From an uncultured Gammaproteobacteria bacterium (lineage in GTDB: Bacteria > Pseudomonadota > Gammaproteobacteria > Pseudomonadales > Halieaceae), in the NCBI GenBank assembly GCA_963844975.1, contig CAWJQO010000025.1:253-64252 (forward strand): DNA of 64,000 nt, read 5' to 3'. Position numbers and translations under genes: made by a program. The notes beneath the pieces were generated by a model. That model had not been told where the DNA came from. It did no database searches and saw nothing but the letters and a program-made list of their open reading frames with translations. Position 1 is the stretch's first letter, and the number at the start of each line of letters is the position of its first letter. Of this stretch, positions 1 to 10,650 are shown piece after piece.

Positions 1-13
1 GTTCTGTGCTAGG

Positions 14-1291
14 GTGCGCGCCACGTCCGCGGCCCCGCCGGTCCCCGGCCAGCCTTCCATCCCCCGAGCCCTGTTCAGCCGCCCGATGCTGGTCTCGTTG
101 CTGCTGGGCTTCTCTTGCGGCCTGCCGCTGCTCCTGACCGGGTCGACGCTCCAGGCCTGGATGGTCGACGAGAAGGTCGACCTCAAGCAGATCGGCCTGT
201 TCACGCTGGGCGGCCTGCCCTACACGCTGAAGTTCCTCTGGTCGCCGGTCTTCGACCGCTTCGTGCCCCCCTTCCTCGGCCGGCGGCGCGGCTGGCTGCT
301 GATCACCCAGGTCGGGCTCTTCGTGGCCGTCGCCGGGCTGTCTTCGCCCAGCCCGAGCGCAGCCCGTGGATGGTCGCGCTGCTGGCGCTGGGGGTGACCT
401 TCGCCAGCGCCTCGCAGGACATCGTGGCCGACGCCTGGCGCCGCGAGTCGTTCCCGGACCGCGAGCTGGGGCTGGCGACCTCGATCTTCATCAACGGCTA
501 CCGCGCGGCGATGCTGGTCGCCGGGGCCCTGGCGCTCTTCCTGGCCGACCAGATCCCGTGGCACGACGTCTACATGCTGATGGCCGCGCTGATGCTGCTC
601 GGGATCCTGACCACGCTGCTGGCGCGCGAGCCGGTCGTCGAGGGCCCGCCGCCGCGGACCTTCCGCGACTCGGTCGTCGAACCGTGCGTCGACTTCTTCC
701 GCCCGCCGCGGGGCCTGGCTGATCCTGCTGTTCATCGTGCTCTACAAGGTGGGCGACCAGATGGCGTCGACGATGACGACGCCGTTCGCGCTCTCGCTGG
801 GCTTCACCAAGACCGACCTGGCCGCGATCGTCAAGGTCTTCGGGCTGGTGGCGATGATGACCGGGGCGTTCGTCGGCGGCCTGGCGATGGTGCGGCTGGG
901 GATCCACCGCGCGCTCTGGGTCTTCGGCGTGCTGCAGGCGGCGGGGATCCTGCTCTTCGCGGCGCTCGCCCAGGCCGGCAAGGACTACGGCCTGCTGGCC
1001 GCCGCCGTCTCGGCCGAGAACTTCTCGTTCGGGCTGGGGACCTCGGCCTACTCGGCCTACATGGCGAGCGTCACCAACCGCCGGTTCACCGCCACGCAGC
1101 TGGCGCTGCTGTCGAGCCTGATGGGGGTCCCGCGCGTCCTGCTCTCGGCGCCGACCGGGGCGCTCGCCGAGACCTTCGGCTGGACCGGCTTCTTCGTCTT
1201 CTGCGCGCTGGCCGCGATCCCGGGGCTGCTGCTGCTGCCGAAGGTCGCGCCGTGGCGAGGCGCGGGCGCGCCAGGGGATCCCGCGCGATAA
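14..1291 (+). CDS. ampG: AmpG-family muropeptide MFS permease (frameshifts near 345 and 705)
   Basis: Motifs LLGFSCGLP, PYTLKFLWSPVFDR, GRRRGWLL, SASQDIVADAWR and FTATQLALLSSL are spread over ORFs 14..397, 115.. and 737..1291. Confidence 0.9.
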
Positions 1292-1318
1292 TCGCCGGGC
1301 GCGCAAGGAGGCTCCCCG

Positions 1319-1585
1319 ATGCCCGGCTTCCTCACCGGCCCCCTCTTCCGATTCGCCGAGCGGCTGCGCTTCCCCCAGCTCTTCATCCTGACCGCGGGGC
1401 TCTTCCTGCTCGACCTGATCGTGCCGGACCTGATCCCGTTCGCCGACGAGGTCCTGCTGGGCCTGCTGACGCTGCTGTTCGCGAGCTGGCGCCGCAAGCG
1501 GACCGACCCCGTCCCGCCGACCGGCCAGCCGGGCCGCCGGCCCGGCGATGACGCGCGCGTCGTCGAGGGCGAGACGTTGCGCTGA
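1319..1585 (+). CDS. Small membrane protein, DUF6116-like
   Basis: 88-aa ORF with AGGAGG RBS; RLRFPQLF...LFLLDLIVPDLIPFADEVLLGL pattern recognised from memory. Confidence 0.7.
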   Translation: MPGFLTGPLFRFAERLRFPQLFILTAGLFLLDLIVPDLIPFADEVLLGLLTLLFASWRRKRTDPVPPTGQPGRRPGDDARVVEGETLR

Positions 1586-1639
1586 GACGCGAGGGCCCTG
1601 CGCTGCGTGATCCGGGCGCGTGATGCGGGCCGCGTGATG

Positions 1640-1710
1640 CGGGCCGGCACGGAGGCCGGCCCCTACGGGTGTCGCGGCGCCCTGTAGGGGCCGGCCTCCG
1701 TGCCGGGCCG
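1640..1710. repeat. GTAG-family REP doublet (REPIN-like inverted pair)
   Basis: GGCACGGAGGCCGGCCCCTAC (ending 1666) and GTAGGGGCCGGCCTCCGTGCC (from 1684) are exact reverse complements, between convergent genes. Confidence 0.75.
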
Positions 1711-1724
1711 AACCGATGGCGGCG

Positions 1725-3423
1725 TCACGCGCGGTCGACGTTGCGCAGGCTCTTCCGGAAACCGTAGAGCGCGTAGATCGCGAGCCCCAGCGTCAGCCAG
1801 ATGATGAACCGCTCCCAGGCCGTCTCCGGCAGGCTCATCATCAGCGCCCCGCACAGCACGATCCCGAGCGTCGGCAGGATGTGGTCGCGGAGCAGCAGCG
1901 CGAAGGCCGCCAGCAGCGGGGCCTGGATCCACCAGGGCAGGAGCGACCAGCCGTAGACCGCGCAGCCCTCCGCCGCGTGCATCGTCCACACCACCACCTG
2001 GATCGGCCAGAGCACGGCGGCGAAGGACGGGGCGACGGTCGGGAAGGCGCCGATCCCGTCGAGCGCGCCGGGCCGACCTCGCGCCACGGTACCAAGGCGT
2101 TGATCAGCAGCGCCAGAACGAGCACGACGAGCGCAATCCCCCAGCCGCCCGGCACGCGGAACGGGCGCTCGCCGCCGGCCGTGTCACGCGCAGCACGATC
2201 ACGCCGGCCGAGACGATGATGAAGGCGAACAGCGTGCCGATGGAGCACAGCTCGGCGACGACGTTGATCGGCAGCAGCGCGGCGGCGACGGCGACGATGC
2301 CGCCGGTCAGGATCGTCGTCACGTGCGGGCGTGCGGTAGCGCGGGTGCACGCGCGACAGCGCCGGCGGCAGCAGCCCGTCGCGCGACATCGCGAAGAGGA
2401 TGCGCGGCTGGCCCGAGCAGCAGCACCAGCAGCACGCTCGGTGATGCCGGCGATCGCCCCGACGCTGACGATCGCCGAGGCCCACGGCATGTCGAGCACG
2501 TTGAGCACGAGCGCGACCGGGTCGGCGACGTCGAGCTGCCGTGTACGGCACGATGCCGGTCATGATCGCGGCCACGGCCATGTAGAGCACGGTCGCGACC
2601 AGCCAGCGAGCCCATGATGCCGATGGGCATGTCGCGCTGCGGGTTGACCGCCTCCTCGGCCGTGGTCGAGACGGCGTCGAAGCCGACGTAGGCGAGGAAG
2701 ACGATGGCCGCCGCGGTCATCACGCCCGCGAAGCCGAACGGCATGAACGGGCGCCAGTTCGCCGGGTCGACGTACCAGGCGGCGAGCGCGATGAAGAGCA
2801 CGATCACGGCGAGCTTGATGATCGACGATGACGAGGTTGACGCGCGCGCTCTCCTTGATGCCGCGCACCAGCAGCCAGGTCAGGAGAGCGACGATCAGCG
2901 ACCGCCGGCAGGTTGACAGGATGCCCGGGTCGCGCCCGAACGGCGCCGCGGCGATCCAGGCGTGGCGGCGAGCGATCGCGACGCCGAGACGGCGCGAGGC
3001 CGAGGTTGTCGACGAGGTTGACGAAGTAGGCCGACCAGCCGATGGCGACGAGGCAGGCGCCGACCATGTACTCGAGGATCAGGTCCCAGCCGATGATCCA
3101 GGCCGAAGAGCTCGCCGAGCGTGGCGTAGCCGTAGGTGTAGGCGCTGCCGGCGACCGGGATCATCGCCGCCAGCTCGGCGTAGCAGAGCGCGGCGCAGGC
3201 GCAGGCCAGCGGCCGCGATGGCGAACGAGAGGATGATCCCCGGGCCGGCGTGCTTGGCCGCCTCGACGCCCGGGCAGGACGAAGATGCCGACGCCGATGA
3301 TGCAGCCGATGCCGAGCGCGACGAGGTCCCAGGCGCCGAGCGTCTTCTTCAGCCGGCGACTTCGTCCTCGGTCTCGCCGAGCAGCTGCGAGAGCGGCTTG
3401 GTGCGGAACAGCACGTGGCGCAT
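1725..3423 (-). CDS. APC-family amino acid permease (many frameshifts)
   Basis: Fragments LKKTLGAWDLVALGIGCIIGVGIF, ALCYAELAAMIPVAGSAYTY, FLAYVGFDAVSTTAEE, GQPRILFAMSRDGLLP, SIGTLFAF, WERFIIWL. Confidence 0.9.
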
Positions 3424-3478
3424 GCGTCGTCTCCGGGCGTCGGGTGGGCCGGTCTCCGGCCCTGACGGGCTCCATCCA

Positions 3479-3549
3479 GCGGGGGCCGCCCTCTGTGGCG
3501 GCCCGAATGCGGGTCCTTTGATCGGGCCGCCACGGAGGGCGGCCCCTAC
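3479..3549. repeat. Second GTAG-family REP doublet
   Basis: GCGGGGGCCGCCCTCTGTGGCGGCCCG (3479-3505) and CGGGCCGCCACGGAGGGCGGCCCCTAC (3523-3549) are near-perfect reverse complements and resemble the 1640-1710 element. Confidence 0.7.
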
Positions 3550-4521
3550 GGGGTACGTTCCGCGGCGGCCAGGATGGCTTCGATCTTCTTCGGGTCGTCG
3601 GGGAGGAGGCCCACCTTCGGAAGGCGCGGCACGAGCGTCCTCCAGCGCGGGTCCTTCCTGAAGACCTCGGCGAAGAGCGGCAGCGCCTTCTCCTCCTGGC
3701 CGGTGGAGAAGAGCGTCACCGCACCCAGAACGGCATCTCGGTGACCTGCGGCGCCCGCTTCATCCCCTCGCTGTACCTGGCCAGCGCGGCGTCGGTCGTT
3801 GCCGGCGGCCAGCAGCGCGTCGCCGTCGTTCATCGCGTCGTAGGCCAGGTCCAGCTCGTAGAGCCGGCGCAGCTCGGGCAGCGGCTCGGGGCGTCCTCGA
3901 CGCGCAGGTCGACGACGCGGTCGTTCCACGGGGCCTTCGACTTCGTCCCCTTGACGACCAGGAGCGCGGCGCTCTGCTTGCCGCGCATGTCGCCCCCCCC
4001 GCCTCGGCGGCGTCGAGCGCGGCGAGCAGCCGCTCGGCGAGCGGCTTCCCCTTCGCGGCCTCGAAGGCCTTCGCCATCGCCGGCCAGACGGTCGCCTGCT
4101 CCATCATGTTGGCCTGCACGGAGAAGCCGTCGCCGGCGAGCTGCCCCGCCTCCGGGATGCAGAGCTTCCCGGTCCAGGCCGCGACGCCCCCCTTCGCGTC
4201 GACCATCGCGACCTGGCGGGAGTCCTTCTGCGGGTCCTTGGCCAGCAGGATCTCGAGCGCCTGCTTCGCGCTCTTCCCCTCGCGCATCAGCCGCAGCCCT
4301 TCCGGGCCGTAGCTGACCTCGACCATCGACTGCGTGGCGACGGCGCCGACGCCGGGCTCGGCCCAGGACACGACCGACCCGACCGAGAACCAGTGGCTCT
4401 GGACCGCGACCCCCAGCTCGCCGGTCGCCGGGTCGCGGGCCACGATCGAGTAGGTGGCGACGGGGCGCACGGGCACCGCCAGCGCCGCGGCGGCCGCCAG
4501 CAGGACCGGGATCGTCATCAT
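3546..4521 (-). CDS. Secreted DUF1028 (Ntn-hydrolase-like) protein with C-terminal TPR-like helices (frameshifted)
   Basis: Signal peptide followed by TYSIVARDPATGELGVAVQSHWFSVG, GAVATQ, RQVAMVD, SVQANMM; start overlaps the upstream stop (TGATG). Confidence 0.85.
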
Positions 4522-6390
4522 CACTTCCACCCGCAGGTGCGGCCCTCGTTCTGCTCGTCGAGCCACTTCATCAGCGGCGCGAAGTAGTCGAGGATCGCGC
4601 TGGCGTCCATCTGCCGCTGGCCGGTCATCGCGTCCAGCGCGTCCGGCCAGGGCCGGCTGCGCCCCATCTCCAGCGTCGACCAGAGCTTCTCGCCGGCCGC
4701 CTTGCTGCCGTAGATCGAGCAGCGGTGCAGCGGGCCCTTGTACGCCGGCCGCCTGGCAGAGCGCGCGGTGGAACTGGAACTGCAGGATGCGCGGCCAGGA
4801 AGTAGCGGGTGTACGGCACGTTCGCCGGCGACGTGGTACTTCGCGCCCGGGTCGAAGTCGGCCTCGCTGCGGGCGAGCGGGGGCGCGACGCCCTGGTACT
4901 TGCGGGCCAGCTCCCACCACGCGCGGTTGTAGTTCGTCGGGGGTGATCTCGCCGCGAGAAGACCTTCCAGCGCCACTGGTCGACCAGCAGGCCGAACGGC
5001 AGGAAGGCGATCTTGTCGAGCGCCTGCCGCATCAGCAGGTCGAGGTCGCCGCGCGTCGGCCGGCGCCTGGTCGAGCAGGCCGACCTTGACCAGGTAGTCG
5101 GGCGTGACCGACAGCGCCAGGGTGTCGCCGATCGCCTCGTGGAAGCCGTCGTTGGCGCTGTCGCGGAAGAGCGGCGGCTGGCTTGCGGTAGGCGCAGCTG
5201 GTAGTAGTTGTGGCCCAGCTCGTGGTGGACGGTGACGAAGTCCTCGTCGTCGATCTTGATGCACATCTTCATCCGCAGGTCGTCGTCGAAGTCGACGTCC
5301 CACGCGCTGGCGTGGCAGACGACCTCGCGGTCGCGCGGCTTGACGAACAGCGAGCGCTCCCAGAAGGTCGGCGGCAGCTTCGACAGCCCGAGCGAGGGAA
5401 GAAGCGCTCGCCGATCCGGACCATCTCGAGCGCGTCGACCTTCTTCGGCTTCAGGAGCGCGGTGACGTCGAGCCGCGTCGCCCGCGGCGGCGGGGCCACG
5501 AGCGTCGTAGAGGTTGCCCCACTCCTGGGCCCACATGTTGCCCAGCAGGTGCGCCGGGATCGGCTCGCCGTCCGGGCACGACCTGCTTGCCGTACTTGTC
5601 CTGCAGCTGGCCGCGGACGTAGCAGTGCAGCGCCGTCGTAGAGCGGCTTGACCTGCAGCCAGAGCCGGTCCACCTCCTTCGCGAACTCGTCGGGGGTCAT
5701 GTCGTACCCGGCGCGCCAGAGCGCGCCCAGGTCGGCGAAGCCGAGGTCCTGCGCGCCCTGGTTGGCGAGCGTCGACGAAGCGGCGTGTAGTCGCTCGCGC
5801 ATCGGCGGGCTGACGGTGTGCCAGCCCTGCCACGCCTCGAGCAGCGCCTGCGGGTCGCGGCTGGCGGCCATCGTCGCGGACAGCTCCTCGAGGTCCTGGC
5901 AGGCCTTCTCGTCCTTGCCGGGCGGGCAGTACTTCCCCTTGCCGTAGTCCGACTCGAGGCTGGTCGTGATCTCGGTCAGCTCCTTCCGCAGCGCCGGGTC
6001 GGCGGGAGCCGGGGTCACGATCGAGAGCTTGATCAGCTTGAGCTTGCGCGCGACGTCGGGCGGCAGCGCGAGGCCGTCGAAGCGCGTCGCCTCCGCGGCG
6101 AGCCGCATCGTGCCGGCGATCATCCTCTCGTTGGCGAGCGCGGACAGCGCCTCGGTGTCGTCGGTGATGAAGTTGCTCTGGACCCACGACGGCGCGCTGC
6201 TGGTCGATCCAGAGCCGCAGCAGCTCCGCCTCGGCGCGCGCGACGAAGGCCTCGGCGTCGGCGGCCGTGGGGGGCCGGGCCGGGGCCGCGGACGGGGCGG
6301 CTGGGCTGGCGCCGCGGCGGGAAGGAGCGCGAGCAGGGCGAGCGCGAGGGCGAGGGCCCCGCGCGCGGGCCGGGAGACATGGGGACGCAT
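4521..6390 (-). CDS. M2-family metallopeptidase (ACE-like peptidyl-dipeptidase A), secreted, frameshifted
   Basis: [25 protein letters not shown] zinc motif, [30 protein letters not shown]. Confidence 0.92.
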
Positions 6391-6537
6391 CGGGACCTCC
6401 GCGGCCGGGGCCCGGGGCCCGGCGGCCGGTGGGGAGGCGCAGTATATGTCCCTCCCCGGCCCGTTTCCGGTTCACGCCGGGAGCGGCACTCCGGATTACC
6501 CTGCCCTCGCCATCCGCCCGCTCCCGGGAGCCGCTCC

Positions 6538-7504
6538 TGATCCCCCGCCCCTCGCCTTTCGCTTCGCTGCCGGCGCGGTTCCTGATCGCCCACCGCGGCG
6601 TCCCGGCCCGCGCGCCGGAGAACGGCGCGACGGGGCTCGCGCTGGCCCGCGACGCCGGGGCGCCGGCGGTCGAGATCGACGTGCGGCCGACCCGGGACGG
6701 GCTGCTGGTCGTGCTCCACGACGAGACGCCGCGGCGGCTGACCGGTGAACGCGCCGCGACCGCGGAAAGAACCGCGCGCGAGCTGCTGGAGGCGCCGCTC
6801 GCGGCCGAGCCGGCCGAGCACCTGCTGCTGCTCGACGAGGCGCTGGCGCTGCTCGCCGGCCGGACGCTGCTGGACATCGAGGTCAAGCCCGACGCCGGTG
6901 CGAGCCCCGACGACCTCGCCGCGCGCGTCGGAGCGGCGCTCGCGCGCGCCGGCGACCCGCCGTCGGTCGTCGTGACCAGCGAGAGCGAGGAGATCCTGGC
7001 CGCGCTCGCGCGGGCCGTGCCGCAGGTGCCGCGCGGGCTCGTCGTGCGCGCGCTCGACCTCCGCGACCCGCTGGCGGTCGCGCAGCGAACAGGGTGCTCG
7101 CTGCTCGTACCGAGCGCGAGGCGCGTCGGCGAGCGGCTGGTCGCCGCCGCGCGCGAGGCCAACCTCGGGGTCTGGGCCTACACGGTCAACGACGCCGTCG
7201 CGCGCGGCGGCTGTTCGCGCTCGGCTGCCACGCGCTCTTCACCGACGACTGGCCTCGGATGCAGCGCGAGGTCTTCGGGCCCGTCGGCGGCGGGTGGGCG
7301 GGGACGGATGGCGCAGCGGCGGACGGCGCGGGGCCGGCCGCCCGGCGCGCGCCCGATCGTCGTGCTCGACCTCGGCTCGTCGTCGATGAAGGCCGCGATG
7401 GTCGATCCGGTGGCCGGCGTCGGGCGATGCAGAGCGTGCCGACCCCGACCTCGTTCCCGGCCCCGGGTCGGGTGGAGCACGACCCGCCCGGGTCGCCGAC
7501 GCCG
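6538..7504 (+). CDS. Glycerophosphodiester phosphodiesterase domain followed by the N-terminus of an FGGY carbohydrate kinase; start uncertain, truncated at the junction
   Basis: IAHRG...PEN, EIDV...DG..VVLHD, DIEVK, WAYTVN, LFTD (GDPD); VVLDLGSSSMKA and PGRVEHDP (FGGY_N). Confidence 0.75.
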
Positions 7505-7566
7505 ACACTGAACTTGCTGGCGATGTCCTGCAGCTGCGTCTGCTCTTCTGTCAATTTGATATCCAC
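7505..7566 (-). CDS. First ~20 codons of an acyl-CoA dehydrogenase, cut at the junction
   Basis: GTG start with AAGGAG RBS; MDIKLTEEQTQLQDIASKF is a typical ACAD N-terminus; directly downstream of another ACAD. Confidence 0.7.
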
Positions 7567-7612
7567 TTACAGACTCCTTGAAATAATTGAATTCGCGCCT
7601 AGCGGGGCGCGC

Positions 7613-8808
7613 CTAGCGCTGTGGCAGTTCTGGTTTGCCCAGGGCATTGGGCAGGCCGAGCAGGCGGCGCGCGATAATGGATTTGGAGGTATCGACACCG
7701 CCGGCCGCCACGCGCGCATGTCCGGCCATCAGGTATTCGTCTGCCAGACCGCCGCCAAAGGGCGAGTGTTCGCCGCCCCAGAGCCCGCCGAATGGACCCA
7801 TCAGGTCCAGGGCCAGTTGGGCAAACTCATCGCCGATGGTGGCGCCCCAGGCCTTGTTCATCGCCGCCTCGACGGCGGGAACTTCATACTGGGCCTTGCA
7901 GATGGCCATACGCTCCAGCATGGTGCCGACTTCGATACGTGCCGCCATGCGGGCCAGGGCGCGCCGTGGTGTAAGCGATCCTCGGCGGGGCGCTCGCCAT
8001 TGAAGTCGGCGTCCTTGTACCATTTCACGATCTTGTTGAAGCGGCGTACGCGTGAGGCAAACGACAGAATGGCGAAACGTTCGTAGTCCAGCGCCTGCAT
8101 CATGTAGTAGAAGCCCTTGTTGAGCTCGCCCACCAGCCGCGACTTCGGAATTTTCATCTGGTCGAAAAAGACCTGGTTGGTACGGTGTGTCGTGCCTTCC
8201 CTGCCGATGGTATCCATGCGCGAAAGACGTAGTCCGGGTGTGTCATGATCGACAATAAATATGCTGATGCCATTGTGCTTTGGGGCATCGGGGTCGGTGC
8301 GCAGTGCCATCCAGTGCCAGCGACAAAAATGGGCGGAGGTGATGTAATGCTTCATGCCGGTGACCTCGAAGTGATCACCCTTGTCGATGGCGCGACACTG
8401 CATCGAGCCGAGGTCAGTGCCCGCATTGGGTTCGGTATAGGTTATTGCCCACTGCCCCTCATTGCGAAAGATTTTGGGCAGGAACTCCATTTTCATTTCT
8501 TCACTGGCCACGTGAAAAATGGTGCTGGCGATGGTGCCCACATTTTTACCGATAATTGGCGCCCCGCTGCGGTCGAGTTCCGCGTTGAGAATAAACTGCG
8601 CCAGGGGAAAGGGATTGGGCGAGCCGCCGTATTTTTCCGGGAAACCCATGCCCAGCCAGCCCAGCCTGGCCATCTTCGTGACGAACTCGACGCGGGCCGG
8701 CGTGTCGATAAAGATGCTGCCTTTGACCTCATCCGTCATTTCCCTGCGAATGAACTCGCGCACTTCCTCACGAAACGCGATTTCCTCCGGGCTCCAGTCA
8801 AAATCCAC
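7613..8808 (-). CDS. Acyl-CoA dehydrogenase (frameshift near 7975)
   Basis: MDFDWSPEEIAFREEVR, YTEPNAGTDL, GELNKGF, ALDYER, C-terminal AGGVDTSKSIIARRLLGLP. Confidence 0.9.
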
Positions 8809-8834
8809 GTGCTACTCCTTGGGCTGTAAGTTTA

Positions 8835-8854
8835 TACAAGGCAACTGTCTTGTG
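8835..8854. promoter_or_regulatory. Palindromic operator candidate, copy 1
   Basis: TACAAGGCAACTGTCTTGTG (ACAAG-N8-CTTGT). Confidence 0.6.
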
Positions 8855-8941
8855 ATGATAGTATAAGGAGCGATCGGTGAGAAGGGTTTTCAACGTCGAC
8901 ATGGAATATCACACCATACTTGGATACTATCGTGCGACCTG

Positions 8942-8961
8942 TACAAGGAAGATGTCTTGAT
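8942..8961. promoter_or_regulatory. Palindromic operator candidate, copy 2
   Basis: TACAAGGAAGATGTCTTGAT. Confidence 0.55.
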
Positions 8962-9009
8962 GGTACTTGCCGGTGTCGCATTGCCTCGATAAGCAACTGA
9001 GGTCCGGGC

Positions 9010-10609
9010 TTGAGTAAGCTCCGCAGTTTGGCGAACGCCCTGTTGATTGCTGCCGTGGTAATGGGCTGTGCCTCAGGCCCTGGCACTAAAGCCGGCCAGC
9101 GCAAGGCGCATGAGGATCTGGGAGACGGGGTCTGTCCATCGTTCATCATCTATCCCGGCGAGCGTTCGCAGTCCGGTCGCGAGCGCTATAGCGATGCGGC
9201 CACTGAGAATGGCCTGGCCAACTATCGGGATCGGGAATTGGCCAACTGCGAAAATGCCCTGGCCTCCGGCGACGCGGCGGCACTGAACGTGCTGCTGGAA
9301 TACTGGTATGCACAGAATAATCAACAGGGGGTCGCGGCGACCTATAAAACCTACCTTGAGAAGGGCAGTGATGTGCATGAACTGGCCGAAGCGAGCGCCA
9401 GGCTTTACACGCTGTATACCGACGGAGCGCCCGGCCTGCCACCTGACCCGGATGCCGCTTTGCACTATCTCAGCCTGGCAGCGAAATACGATCCCGGGGC
9501 TTTCGCTTTGCGCTACGCCGACGCTATGCATGCCAGGGGCTCCTACGCAGATGCCTTTTCCTACTACGAATTGATTGCACAGTCGAAAACTCCGGCCGAT
9601 AACATCAGCAAGTTAGACCTCTGTGAAGTCAACCTTAAGCTCGCCGACCTTTATTTTCGTGGGCGCGGTGTCAGGGAGAACTGGTACATCGGTTATTACT
9701 ATTGGCTGCAGGGGCTGTCGATGGCCGCTGATCCAGAGTGGGGTTCCTGTGTCAAATATACGTATTATGACCGCGATCGCTATTCTTTTGAGTCGGAGCG
9801 CAAGCGCGCCATTGAACGCCGTCTGGAGCGCCTCGGTAGCGGCGAGACCAGCAGGCTCAAAGCGGCCTGGGCGGCACCGGACAAGGGTCTTGCATATATT
9901 GCCGCGCTGGACTTTCGCAGGCCATACCTGCCTGAGTCAGCTGCGGTGCCCGCTGCCGCGTCTGCCGCAAACGCTGCGGGGCCAGCGCCAGAGCAGCAGA
10001 GGATCGGCGCCCTGGCCAAGCTGGGCTCCCCTGGGTGGTGAGGTCTGCGGGTGGCAGGCGTCCAGTGGATTGTTGAATTGGAGCGAGGTTTTCCAACTGC
10101 GCTCGGGAGCAATCTGGACCGTCAAGTCGATGGCAGGCAAGGTCCAGTCAGTGGGGTCTGCCGTCGCCGTCTCGCCGAACACCCTGGTGACTAATTGTCA
10201 CCTGATACACGATCCCGTTGGTGTAACACTGTTAACGACGGGCAAGGCAATACATGCCAAAGTACTGGCGGCCGACCGGGACGGCGATCGCTGTATCCTG
10301 CAGACTGCAGAGTCGCTGCCCGCCTATGTCCAATCCGCCAGACCACAACGCGAACTCCTGGTGGGTGAGGATGTAGCGGCTATTGGCAACCCCAGGGGCC
10401 TGGATACATCGCTGTCGCGCGGCCTGGTTGCACAAAAGAGAAATAAGAATGGACATGCCTATATCCAGACGGATGCGGCCCTCTCCTCGGGCTCTTCCGG
10501 TGGTGGCCTGTTCGACACGGCAGGTAACCTGGTCGGTGTGACTACCTTCAAGGTGGCGAGCGGGGAAAGCCTCAATTTCGCCATCGCCATCGATGAATTC
10601 TGTCGCTAA
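9010..10609 (+). CDS. Lipoprotein with Sel1-like repeats and C-terminal trypsin-like (S1C) serine protease; probable frameshift near 10000
   Basis: Lipobox VVMGC; Sel1-like LADLYFRGRGVRENW and LYTDGAPGLPPDPDAALHYL; protease motifs TNCH, AIGNPRG, IQTDAALSSGSSGGGLF; no PDZ domain. Confidence 0.75.
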
Positions 10610-10650
10610 TAGCTTTCGCCTGAGAGTCAGGCGCCGCAGGAGGTTAATCC

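Noticed and set aside
1606-1646. Short tandem repeat CGTGAT(G/C)CGGGC x3 as a CRISPR remnant
   Set aside because: Units are 13-14 bp with no spacers and no cas genes; it adjoins the REP element
4625-7162. 845-aa minus-strand ORF as a large novel protein
   Set aside because: Shadow frame in stop-poor high-GC DNA that picks up frameshifted pieces of the M2 peptidase
1-7504. High-GC genomic island acquired horizontally
   Set aside because: No mobility genes or att sites, housekeeping-type content, truncated genes at the boundary and a different error rate favour a chimera
7094-8086. 330-aa ORF spanning the junction
   Set aside because: Composite of GDPD/kinase fragments and the antisense of an acyl-CoA dehydrogenase
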